From an uncultured Anaerolinea sp. (GTDB lineage Bacteria > Chloroflexota > Limnocylindria > Limnocylindrales > CSP1-4): a stretch of 29,725 nt of DNA. Within the stretch, counting starts at the first letter, position 1. Each line of letters begins with the position of its first letter. The translations under genes and the position numbers were made by a program. Location: the NCBI GenBank assembly GCA_964468305.1, contig CAYXVP010000002.1, positions 1-29,725 on the forward strand. The letters are read 5' to 3'. The notes below the pieces were generated by a model. It had not been told where the DNA came from. It saw only the letters and a program-made list of their open reading frames with translations, and ran no database searches. Shown piece after piece: positions 17,378 to 25,398 of this stretch.

Positions 17378-18310
17378 GTGCGCATCGTCTCGCTGTTGCC
17401 CTCCGCCACCGAGATCATCTGCGACCTCGGCCTCGCCGAGTCCCTGGTCGGCCGCTCGAACGAGTGCACGTACCCGGCGGAGGTGCTGGATCGGCCGGTG
17501 GTGACCGCGGCGCGGATCGACCCACGCCAGCTCGAGAGTGTCGAGATCGACCGCCAGGTCCGCGCGGCCATCGCCGACGGCCGCTCGCTGTACGCGGTCG
17601 ACGCGGCGCTCATTGACCGCCTGGCGCCCGACGTCATCGTCACCCAGGACCTGTGCGCGGTGTGCGCGGTCAGCTCGGGCGAGCTCACCAGCGCCTGCCC
17701 GGTCGGCGCACGGGTGATCTCGCTCGACCCGTCCACGCTCGACGAGGTGGCGGCATCGATCGAGACGCTCGGCCATGCGCTCGGCGTGCCGGAGCGGGGG
17801 AGGGAGCTCGCCGCCGAGATGCGCTCGACGATCGACAACGTCCGTCGATCGACCCGGGCCGCCCTCGAGGCCGGCGCTCACCGCCCGAGGGTCTTCGTCG
17901 CCGAGTGGATCGACCCGCCGTTCGTGCCCGGCCACTGGCTGCCGGACATGATCGATGCCGCGGGTGGCGAGGCGCTCCTCGCCGAGCCCGGCCGACCGTC
18001 GCACCCGACGACCTGGGCCGAGGTCGCCGCCGCCGATCCCGAGCTGCTCGTCATCGCCGCGTGCGGATTTGACGCCGAGGATGCCGCCCGGCGCGCCGCC
18101 CACCTCGACCTCGAGCGCATCGCGCCGAACGCCCGCGTGGTCGTCGTCGACGGCGACGCCTACTACTCGCGCCCCGGGCCCCGCGTCGCCGACGGCGTCC
18201 GCCAGCTCGGCCACCTGCTCCACCCGGAGGCGGTCGAGGATCCACACCTGCCGCTGATCGAACTCCAGGCCACCGCCCGAGTCCAGGTGCCGACCTACAC
18301 GTCGAGATAG
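17378..18310 (+). CDS. BtuF/FepB-like type III periplasmic-binding-fold protein (cobalamin-binding protein-like)
   Basis: RIVSLLPSATEI, LVGRSNEC, APDVIVTQDLCAVCAV, EWIDPPF, GHWLPDMI and SRPGPRV motifs. GTG start at 17378. Confidence 0.85.
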   Translation: MRIVSLLPSATEIICDLGLAESLVGRSNECTYPAEVLDRPVVTAARIDPRQLESVEIDRQVRAAIADGRSLYAVDAALIDRLAPDVIVTQDLCAVCAVSSGELTSACPVGARVISLDPSTLDEVAASIETLGHALGVPERGRELAAEMRSTIDNVRRSTRAALEAGAHRPRVFVAEWIDPPFVPGHWLPDMIDAAGGEALLAEPGRPSHPTTWAEVAAADPELLVIAACGFDAEDAARRAAHLDLERIAPNARVVVVDGDAYYSRPGPRVADGVRQLGHLLHPEAVEDPHLPLIELQATARVQVPTYTSR

Positions 18311-18398
18311 GGAATCGCGCACGCGCTGAGTAGTCGTGCGCCCGATGTCGTGCCGGGCTCCCGGATCAACCCTGTGTCGCACACGCAGGAGGCATCCG

Positions 18399-18644
18399 AT
18401 GCACGACTACACGGGGCGCATACTCCACGACGACAAGATGCGCCAGCTCTATCGAGAGGCCGCCGACAGCCGCCTTGCGGCCCTGGCTCGCCCGCCGAGG
18501 TGGACGGCGCGCGTCCGCGCCATCGTGGGCTTCCGGGAAGTGCGCGTCAGCGCCTCACGCTGGCTTCGAGGCGATCCCGTGGCGCACGGCCACGGCGGCC
18601 GCCTGGGCACGCGTACCAACCCCGAGCTTGCCGAGAATGCTTGA
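18399..18644 (+). CDS. Small hypothetical protein (81 aa)
   Basis: Strong CAGGAGG RBS before ATG 18399 (MHDYTGRILHDDKMRQLYREAADSRLAALA). The 3' end overlaps the convergent luxR gene by 90 nt. Confidence 0.55.
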   Translation: MHDYTGRILHDDKMRQLYREAADSRLAALARPPRWTARVRAIVGFREVRVSASRWLRGDPVAHGHGGRLGTRTNPELAENA

Positions 18645-21563
18645 GACGTGGTGGCCGGCCGTCCTCTCGGTGATGAACAGCCGAGTGCCGATCTCCTTGT
18701 TGCTGAGGCCCTCGGCGAGGAGCGCAGCGACCTCCGCCTCGCGCTCCGTGAGCCCAAGCGCGGCGGCAGGGGAGGCCGCGGTGGCGGGGCGCTGATCGAC
18801 CAGGTCGACACGGGCCCGAGCGGCGAGCTCCTCGATGGCCAGACGGAGCGGCGCGGCGCCGAGCCGGCTCGCCGTTGCATGGGCGGTGCGCAGGGACGAG
18901 CGCGCGGCACCGTTCTGGCGCCGCGCGAGCAGGGCTTCGCCCTCGCGATAGCGGGCGTACGCCGCGTCGTAGGCCTGTGACCAAGCCTCGAAAGCCTGGG
19001 CCGCCCGCGCCCAGGCTTCCGGGTCGCTGGCGCCCTCGAGTCGGGTCCCTTCGGCTTCGCACATCGCGAGATACGGCTCGGCCAGGCGGAGATGAATCGC
19101 TGACTGCTTCGCGATCGCCTCGTAGTGGGCTCGCATCTCCGCCAGGTAAGGGGATCCCCTCGCCCGGATGCGCTCGACATCGGCCGCCGCGGTCCGTCGG
19201 CCCATGGCGCCCAGCAAGTCCGCCGCGGCCCGCACCCCGAGGCTGAACATGGGCCCGATGCGCGTGATGACGGCGGGCGCCCGCAGAACGAGGACGGGAA
19301 GCCCGGCGTCGATCGCGTCGAGCGCAGCGCCCGGTCGCCCGTCGAGGATCTCGAGCTCTGCCCGGACCGCAACGTACGCGGACAACCATTGACTTTCGCC
19401 CGACGCCTGTACGCGCTCGGCGAGCTCCTTGAGCCGCTTGCGCACGGCCACTAGCTGGCCGCGGCCGACCTCGAGCTGCGCGGCGCGAAGCTCGAGTGCG
19501 ATCTCGCCCACGCCGCGGCGCGAGTGCAGCTCGTCACGCTCGAGAACCGCGGCCGATTCGTCCCAGCGCCCCCGCAGGTGCAACGCCTCCGCTGCGTCGG
19601 CGTACACGAACGTGACGGTGACGCCGGTTCGCGTCACGTCGACCGCCCCGATCACGGAAAGGGCAAGCTCCGCGGCCTCGTCATACCGCGCCGCTGCAAA
19701 GATGAGCACGTCCAGGAGGTTGCCGTAGGCACGCTCGATGTCGTCGACGCTGTCGATCTCCCGGGCGATCGCGAGCGAGCGGCGCAGGAGCGCGATTCCG
19801 GATTCGGGGTCGCGGCGGTAGGCAACCAGGACGCCCAATGACGTCAGCGCAAGGCTCTCGATGCGTGGTGCGCCGACCTGTTCGGCGGTCGCCACCGCCT
19901 CCTCGCAGAGGGCGATTCCATCCTCGGCGTCGGGCACCATGAGGACCATGAGGATCTGACCGAGCGCCGCCGCAACGGTGGCGCGAGCGAGGCTCGGCGG
20001 ATCGGATGGCACCAGGTGGGCTGCCGAGCGGCACGCCTCGAGCGCCCCGTTGCCGTCACCGGCGAGCCATAGGTAGCGGCCGAGCGCCGCAGTCAGCAGA
20101 CCGGCGCGCACCGGGTTGGCAGTGGCGTCGACGAGCCGGAGGGCCTCACGGATGTAGCGCACGGACCGCGCGGGATCGTGCTCGCCGTTCGCGGCGGCTC
20201 GTTCCAGGAGCTCGACTCGGTCGAGCGCGAAATCCTCGGGTATCTCCGTACCGCCATCGATGAGCGCGAGGGCTCGTTCGAACTGAACGGCTGCCTCTTT
20301 CCGCGCACCCGCTGCCTCGGCCGCATCGCCGGCTCGGATTGCCGCCCGCAGCGCGCGTTCCGGCTCTTCCGCGGCCTGCCAGTGATAAGCGAGCTCGGCC
20401 GCACGGATCGGGTCGGTTGGCGCAAGGCCGCCCGCCTCGATCGCCCGGGCGCACGCGGCGTGCAGCCGGAGACGCTCTCCGCGCAGCAGGTCCGCATAAA
20501 GGGCCTCCTGCAGCAGCGCATGCCGGAAGCTGATTCGATCGTCGGCCCCGGCGAGCTCGCGAACGAGGACATACCGGTCGATCGCCTCGCGCAGGGCGGT
20601 CCCGAAGGCCGGGCCGTCCAGGCCTACGATGGATTCGAGGAGCTGCTCGGGAAACTGCCGACCGGCCACGGAGGCTGTGCGCACGAGCGCTCGGGCCTCT
20701 TCGCTCAGGGCGCTGACCCGAGCGACGACGACGTCACGGATGGTCGGCGGCAGGGCCGCGCCGGTAATCGGCGTAGCGGCCACGAGCTCCTCCGCGAAGA
20801 ACGGGTTGCCCTGGCTGCGAGCGAACACGTCCTCGACAAAGCCGGAGGCGGCGCGGCCGCCGAGGATCGCTGCCATCTGCTGCGCAACGTCGGCGCGGTT
20901 GAATCGATCCAGGTCGATGCGCTGGACGCTCGGCTGCCGCTCGAGCTCGGCGACGACAGGCCAGGGGCCGCGTCCCGGCTCCGGCTCGTCGGTTCGAAGG
21001 GTCGCAACAAGGAGGATCCGTTCAGTCCGAAGATTGCGGGCGAGGAACGTGAGCAGGTCGAGGGTCGAGCTGTCGGCCCAGTGGATGTCCTCGATGACCA
21101 GGATCAGCGGCGACTGGTGCGCGAGCCGCCCGAGCAGGCCGAGCACGAGCTCGAGGCGTCGGCCCTGCGAAGTGTCGGGCGAGATGCCGGTGGCGCCGCG
21201 AACCTCGGCTGCTGCCGCGGTCTCGGGCAGGAGCGCGTCGAGCTCGGCTGCCCGCGGACCGGCGACGGCTGCCAGCTCGGTCGGCGAGAGTTCCGTCGGG
21301 AGCACCCGCAGCGCCTCGACGATGGGCGCGAACGGCGCGACCTCGCCGCTGAGGCTGACACAACCGCCGGTGAGCACCCGGTACCCCTTGGCTCGGGCCC
21401 AGGAAGCGAGCTCCGCCAGAAGTCGCGACTTGCCGACTCCTGCCTCACCGGCAACCAGGACGAGGCCCGGCCTCCCCGCAGCGGCACGTTGGGTGGCCTC
21501 CTGCAGCTCGGCAAGCTCCGGACGCCTGCCGATAAGCGTCGGACTCGAGACTCTCCTGGCCAC
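18555..21563 (-). CDS. STAND AAA ATPase / TPR / LuxR-HTH transcriptional regulator (MalT-like)
   Basis: Walker A GEAGVGKS, Walker B LVIEDIHWAD, SQGNPFFAEEL, and C-terminal LTEREAEVAALLAEGLSNKEIG HTH. Confidence 0.93.
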   Translation of the reverse strand: MARRVSSPTLIGRRPELAELQEATQRAAAGRPGLVLVAGEAGVGKSRLLAELASWARAKGYRVLTGGCVSLSGEVAPFAPIVEALRVLPTELSPTELAAVAGPRAAELDALLPETAAAAEVRGATGISPDTSQGRRLELVLGLLGRLAHQSPLILVIEDIHWADSSTLDLLTFLARNLRTERILLVATLRTDEPEPGRGPWPVVAELERQPSVQRIDLDRFNRADVAQQMAAILGGRAASGFVEDVFARSQGNPFFAEELVAATPITGAALPPTIRDVVVARVSALSEEARALVRTASVAGRQFPEQLLESIVGLDGPAFGTALREAIDRYVLVRELAGADDRISFRHALLQEALYADLLRGERLRLHAACARAIEAGGLAPTDPIRAAELAYHWQAAEEPERALRAAIRAGDAAEAAGARKEAAVQFERALALIDGGTEIPEDFALDRVELLERAAANGEHDPARSVRYIREALRLVDATANPVRAGLLTAALGRYLWLAGDGNGALEACRSAAHLVPSDPPSLARATVAAALGQILMVLMVPDAEDGIALCEEAVATAEQVGAPRIESLALTSLGVLVAYRRDPESGIALLRRSLAIAREIDSVDDIERAYGNLLDVLIFAAARYDEAAELALSVIGAVDVTRTGVTVTFVYADAAEALHLRGRWDESAAVLERDELHSRRGVGEIALELRAAQLEVGRGQLVAVRKRLKELAERVQASGESQWLSAYVAVRAELEILDGRPGAALDAIDAGLPVLVLRAPAVITRIGPMFSLGVRAAADLLGAMGRRTAAADVERIRARGSPYLAEMRAHYEAIAKQSAIHLRLAEPYLAMCEAEGTRLEGASDPEAWARAAQAFEAWSQAYDAAYARYREGEALLARRQNGAARSSLRTAHATASRLGAAPLRLAIEELAARARVDLVDQRPATAASPAAALGLTEREAEVAALLAEGLSNKEIGTRLFITERTAGHHVSSILGKLGVGTRAQAAAVAVRHGIASKPA

Positions 21564-21569
21564 GCCCGG

Positions 21570-21575
21570 ATGCTA
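21570..21575 (-). promoter_or_regulatory. -10 element for a leaderless luxR-STAND transcript
   Basis: Minus-strand TAGCAT lies 6 nt before GTG 21563 and there is no Shine-Dalgarno. Confidence 0.55.
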
Positions 21576-21619
21576 ACGCGAGCACCTTGCGCCACCGCCG
21601 ATGGTGAGAAGGCGTTCGC

Positions 21620-22012
21620 CTAGAAGCGCCGCCTGATGCCGGAGACACCGTCGAAGTCGGTGTCGAAGGACAGGACATCGCCAACGTCGCGTCGCTTCAT
21701 CACCGCGACATGGAGCGCATCACGCGCCCCGAGGCGAGTCGTCGACACGATCCTGCGGGCAGCGGCGACGTCCTCGAGCTCGATCGGGAATACCTCGTCG
21801 ACCAGCTCACGCAGTGTCTTCCAGGCCACTTTGATCGCGTCTCGCCTTTCGATCGCGACGTACCGATGCAGGATCTCCTGGAACACCTCGGCGTCCGTCA
21901 CGAGCCGTTCGCGTCGGGCGATCGCGATCTCCAGCAGCTCTCGAGCGCGCTCGCGGTTCAGGTGAGCGCCACCGACGAGGTACATGGGGATGTTGGAGTC
22001 GACGAGGATCAA
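21620..22012 (-). CDS. vapC: PIN-domain toxin (VapC family)
   Basis: ILVDSN, VFQEI, RDALH and SFDTDF acidic PIN tetrad, 130 aa. TTG start overlaps the antitoxin stop (TTGA). Confidence 0.9.
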   Translation of the reverse strand: MILVDSNIPMYLVGGAHLNRERARELLEIAIARRERLVTDAEVFQEILHRYVAIERRDAIKVAWKTLRELVDEVFPIELEDVAAARRIVSTTRLGARDALHVAVMKRRDVGDVLSFDTDFDGVSGIRRRF

Positions 22013-22263
22013 GGACCCTGCTCGAGGTATCCGCGCTCGATGTCCGCGTTGATGGCCTCCATCTCGCCGGTGGGATAGTCGTACGCAAGGGCCTCCCGGA
22101 TCGCGCGGAGCTTCGGCGCCGGGTCCGGGTAGTCCTGTTCCTGCCGCGCGGTGCGGAGCATGTCTCGCACCCACGCCGCGGTCGTCTGCCGCCGACGCTT
22201 CGCGAGCCGCTGGATGGCGGCGAGCTCCTCGTCCTCGAACAGCACCTGCAGCCGCTTTGTCAT
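22009..22263 (-). CDS. Ribbon-helix-helix antitoxin (VapB/CopG-like)
   Basis: MTKRLQVLFEDEE beta-strand plus two helices, 84 aa, immediately upstream of and coupled to the PIN gene. Confidence 0.85.
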   Translation of the reverse strand: MTKRLQVLFEDEELAAIQRLAKRRRQTTAAWVRDMLRTARQEQDYPDPAPKLRAIREALAYDYPTGEMEAINADIERGYLEQGP

Positions 22264-22270
22264 CACGATG

Positions 22271-22300
22271 AGCGTAGTTGACTCATGCGCATGAGTCAAC
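22271..22300 (-). promoter_or_regulatory. vapBC promoter with perfect 24-bp palindromic operator
   Basis: Minus strand reads TTGACT-N17-TACGCT then 7 nt to ATG 22263. GTTGACTCATGC/GCATGAGTCAAC (22277-22300) covers the -35 and spacer. Confidence 0.85.
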
Positions 22301-22323
22301 CGAGTCCGCAGACCCTGCGGTCG

Positions 22324-22510
22324 TTAGCTCGGGGCGGGAGTTCCTGAAGGTGCGATGGCCCTCACGTTCTCGTCGGCGTGGTCGGTGAAGACCGCGGGGA
22401 GTGTGCCATTGACCCATCGTCCGTGGACGAGCAGGTTCCCGATCGGGAAGCGCAGGTCGCCGGCGTATGGGTCGTGGCGCGAGACGAGAAACTCCAGCCT
22501 CGGATGGGTC
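22324..22510 (-). pseudogene. 3' remnant of an unidentified gene
   Basis: About 60 codons with strong GC3 bias (RLEFLVSRHDPYAGDLRFPIGNLLVHGRW...) end in TAA 22324-22326. No credible start before the divergent TA promoter. Confidence 0.35.
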
Positions 22511-22526
22511 CTTGAGCAACCGAGGC

Positions 22527-22560
22527 TTGCAGCAACCCAGTAACCCAGTATGCTGGGTTG
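22527..22560 (+). promoter_or_regulatory. Promoter and operator of the RelE-type TA module
   Basis: TTGCAG-N16-TATGCT then 6 nt to ATG 22561. AACCCAG occurs at 22534-22540 and 22542-22548, and inverted (CTGGGTT) at 22553-22559. Confidence 0.8.
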
Positions 22561-22818
22561 ATGAAGGCAACCTTGGACATCGACGGCGAGCTTTACCGTG
22601 CCGTGAAGGTCGAGGCGGCTCGGACCGGCCGAAGCGTCCGCGACGTCGTCGCAGAGGCGCTCGAGGCCTGGCTTGCGCGGGCCGAAGACCTCGAGGATCG
22701 CGAGTCGGCCGAGGCAGCGTTGGAGGAATACCGGCGCGACGGCGGCGAGTCGGCTGAGCGCTGGTTCGAGCGGCAGGCCGCCGAGGCGAAGGCGACTTAC
22801 GGCTCCGATCGGGGTTGA
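22561..22818 (+). CDS. Ribbon-helix-helix antitoxin (CopG/RelB-like)
   Basis: MKATLDIDGELYRAVKVEAARTGRSVRDVVAEAL RHH pattern with an acidic C-terminus. The stop overlaps the toxin start (TTGA). Confidence 0.85.
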   Translation: MKATLDIDGELYRAVKVEAARTGRSVRDVVAEALEAWLARAEDLEDRESAEAALEEYRRDGGESAERWFERQAAEAKATYGSDRG

Positions 22819-23087
22819 GCGAGCACGATCGGGTCGAGCTCGCACCCGCCGTCCAACGCCAGCTTCGACGACTCCCGCCGGGTGTCGGCGCGTCGCTCCG
22901 CGGCCCGATCCTCGCGCTCGCCATGGACCCGCGCCCGCCGGGAGCGCAGAAGCTCGAGGGATCGGACTTCTGGCGGCTCCGCGTCGGTGAGATGAGGATC
23001 GTCTTCGCCATCGACGACGCGGCGCGAGTCGTCGTCATCCTCAAGGTCGCGCGTCGTTCGGAGAGCACCTACCGCCGGATTCGCTAG
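22815..23087 (+). CDS. relE: RelE/ParE-family toxin
   Basis: AVQRQLRRL, PRPPGAQKLEG, WRLRVGEMRIVF and VVILKVARR...YR motifs, 90 aa. Confidence 0.88.
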   Translation: MSEHDRVELAPAVQRQLRRLPPGVGASLRGPILALAMDPRPPGAQKLEGSDFWRLRVGEMRIVFAIDDAARVVVILKVARRSESTYRRIR

Positions 23088-23093
23088 CGGGTC

Positions 23094-23141
23094 GGCGCTG
23101 GACCCCGGCGGTGCCAGAACCCGAGGGTGCTAGAACCCGGC
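23094..23141. repeat. Three tandem 16-bp repeats
   Basis: ggcgctggaccccggc / ggtgccagaacccgag / ggtgctagaacccggc at 23094, 23110 and 23126. Confidence 0.7.
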
Positions 23142-23408
23142 AATGTTCGCTAGATGATCATTTCTGGGGTTAGAAAAGGCACAAGCTCCGGCTGAGCGGC
23201 ATGGGCGCGCCGTGAAGGCCGCCTTGTCGCCCTTGATGTTCACCACGTGCGCATCTGCCGCCATACGCCGGCCTGGTGTGGCCTCGGGCCTGCGGCGCGC
23301 GGAGCTTAAGGGGCTCCTTGGCCTGAAAATGCTCATCTGGCGAACATGCGGACGCCGTTGGGCGCGGCTTTGGCTTTCCGCGTCGCGGGCCGACCGACGC
23401 TGCTCGGG

Positions 23409-24515
23409 TCACTGCGCGTGGTCGCTCACCGTGATGCCGTTGCTGCAGAGGACGGAGCTTCCGGCCGTGAGGCTCTGCCACAGAATCTTGTACTGCGGCG
23501 GAACGGCGGGCGAGAACGTGACCTTGCTCGAGAACCCGGCGGCGGTCCAGAGGCCCTGCGCCTTGACGCTATTGAAATCGAGCAGGCTGATGACGGTGCA
23601 CGTCGGCCGTGGCGTCGGCGGCGCAGGCGTCGGTTTCGGGGTGGGGGCGGGCGCCTGGGTCGGACCGGGGTGCGGCGTCGGAGCGGCGACCACCTCCGTC
23701 GGGATCGGCCGGTCGGATGATCCGGGCGCGGTCGCCGGCGGCCCTGGTGATTCCAGCGCGATCGCGAGGCTCGGCAGCGGTGTTCCGAGGTCGGAGGTGA
23801 CCGCGTCGGTCGACTGCGCGTTGTGGGCCGGGGCGACGATCGCCGAGTCCGGCGCCAGCCTGGTCAGGACTGCCAGCACGGTGACCGTGGCCACGACCGT
23901 GCCCGCCCTTGCCACCGCCCGAACGAATCGACCCGACAGGAAGCTCCAGGGCGGCCGCGCCGCGCCCGCCGCAGCAGTGGGTGAGGGCCTGACCATCGCA
24001 GCGGCACTGACGGGCACGAATGCCCTTGCCGCGGCCGACACTGGCGCGAATGGCGGCTGCGTGACCGGCGGCTGCGTGACGGGCGGCAGCACGACCGCCG
24101 CCGGCGCCACGGCGACCGGCTCCCCTTCGTCGGCCAGCGGTCCCGCGGGCTGGACATGCCACGTCCACGGCAGTCGGAGCACGTGGAAGTCGTGCCTGGA
24201 CAACAGGTCGCGTACCACCAGGGGGGCGGCCGCATCGCCGAGGACGTCGACGATCTCGGCCGTCGGCGCGGCCTCGCCGAGCCGGTCGCGGGCGATCGTC
24301 GCCGCGCCCAGGCGAGCCCGCGCCCACGCGTCCGGCCGCTGCTTCTCGGCGACGTGCTGGGCCGCGAGGAGCGCGGCGACGTAGCCCTGCCCCTGGGCGA
24401 TGGCGTGGGCTTCCCACACTTCGAGCGCCCGATCCAGATCGAGCTCGCGGCGCTCCGCGAGGAAGATCCGGACCTGCGCGCCGTTCACCCCGAACTCGGG
24501 GTCCGACAGGCTCAT
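23409..24515 (-). CDS. Membrane protein with Pro/Thr linker and C-terminal PASTA-like domain
   Basis: ATG 24515 follows GAGGTG. It has a soluble N-domain, a hydrophobic TVVATVTVLAVL segment and a PTPAP linker. The C-terminal CTVISLL...AQGLWTAAGF...QSLTAG...C..ITV pattern resembles a PASTA repeat. Confidence 0.65.
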   Translation of the reverse strand: MSLSDPEFGVNGAQVRIFLAERRELDLDRALEVWEAHAIAQGQGYVAALLAAQHVAEKQRPDAWARARLGAATIARDRLGEAAPTAEIVDVLGDAAAPLVVRDLLSRHDFHVLRLPWTWHVQPAGPLADEGEPVAVAPAAVVLPPVTQPPVTQPPFAPVSAAARAFVPVSAAAMVRPSPTAAAGAARPPWSFLSGRFVRAVARAGTVVATVTVLAVLTRLAPDSAIVAPAHNAQSTDAVTSDLGTPLPSLAIALESPGPPATAPGSSDRPIPTEVVAAPTPHPGPTQAPAPTPKPTPAPPTPRPTCTVISLLDFNSVKAQGLWTAAGFSSKVTFSPAVPPQYKILWQSLTAGSSVLCSNGITVSDHAQ

Positions 24516-24595
24516 CACCTCGCGCGCAGTTTGGCACGCATTCGGTCCCAGCCCGCGCAGCGAATGGTCCTGGGTAGCTCGGGGCGGATGGCCGT

Positions 24596-24883
24596 CTACC
24601 CGGCGGCGATCCCCTCGATCCAGGTCGCGAGGTTGACGTCGCGCTGGGAGATGCCGCCGACGTCGTGGCTCGTCAGCCGGACCACGACGTTGCGATAGCC
24701 GGTGATGTAGATATCGGGGTGGTGGTTGCGGCGGTCGGCCTCGGGCGCGATGCGGTTGACGAAGGCGATCGCATCGGCCCAGTCGCGGCGGTGATACGTC
24801 CGCACGAGCACGTCGTCCTCGCGCCACCAGCCCGGCAGGTCCTTGAGGGCTGCAGCGATCGCGGGGTCGTCGAGGCGCGGCAT
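24596..24883 (-). CDS. phhB: Pterin-4-alpha-carbinolamine dehydratase
   Basis: LPGW, HHPDI and LTSHDVGG...DVNLA motifs, 95 aa. Confidence 0.92.
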   Translation of the reverse strand: MPRLDDPAIAAALKDLPGWWREDDVLVRTYHRRDWADAIAFVNRIAPEADRRNHHPDIYITGYRNVVVRLTSHDVGGISQRDVNLATWIEGIAAG

Positions 24884-24907
24884 CCGAGCGTCAGCCTGGC
24901 CGCATGC

Positions 24908-25378
24908 CTACAGATACCCCTCGGGCACCGGCCCGACGACCTCCATGCCGCGTCGCTCGGCGATGTCGTTCAGCTTCTCCGGGTCGGCCTCGCCACGGGC
25001 GATCGCGGCCGACAGGTCATCGAAGTACCCGATCATCTCCGACGGGGCGTACAGGTTCAGCTTGCGGCTCGCGACGGCGCCGGTCCGGAAGCCGTGCTCC
25101 AGGCCGCTGGGGATGAGCACCAACGAGCCGGCAGGGCAGCGGTGCTCCTCGCCCTCGACGAAGATCCGGTACTCGCCCTCGAGGACGTAGAAGGCCTCGG
25201 CGCAGTCGTGATGGATGTGCAGCGGCGGCCCGAAGTTGGGCGGCTCGGCCGCCTCGAGCAGGGCGAAGGAACCGCCGCTGTCGGCACCGGTCGCCTTGAC
25301 GACCATCGCGAAGTTGCCGAGGTCGATCTGCCGGCCGTCGCCGGGGCGCAGCACGATCGGCGAGGCGTTCGGCTGCAT
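24908..25378 (-). CDS. Cupin-domain protein
   Basis: PPLHIHHDCAEAFYVLEGE and LVLIPSGLEHGF cupin motifs. AGGAGG RBS. Confidence 0.9.
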   Translation of the reverse strand: MQPNASPIVLRPGDGRQIDLGNFAMVVKATGADSGGSFALLEAAEPPNFGPPLHIHHDCAEAFYVLEGEYRIFVEGEEHRCPAGSLVLIPSGLEHGFRTGAVASRKLNLYAPSEMIGYFDDLSAAIARGEADPEKLNDIAERRGMEVVGPVPEGYL

Positions 25379-25398
25379 GCGCCTCCTCCTTCGGCCGT

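Noticed and set aside
23088-23408. tRNA, tmRNA, SRP or RNase P RNA in the intergenic gap
   Set aside because: No T-loop, CCA end, tag peptide or other signature motifs were recognisable.
24596-24883. Phenylalanine hydroxylase pathway locus
   Set aside because: No phhA is present, and orphan PhhB genes are common.
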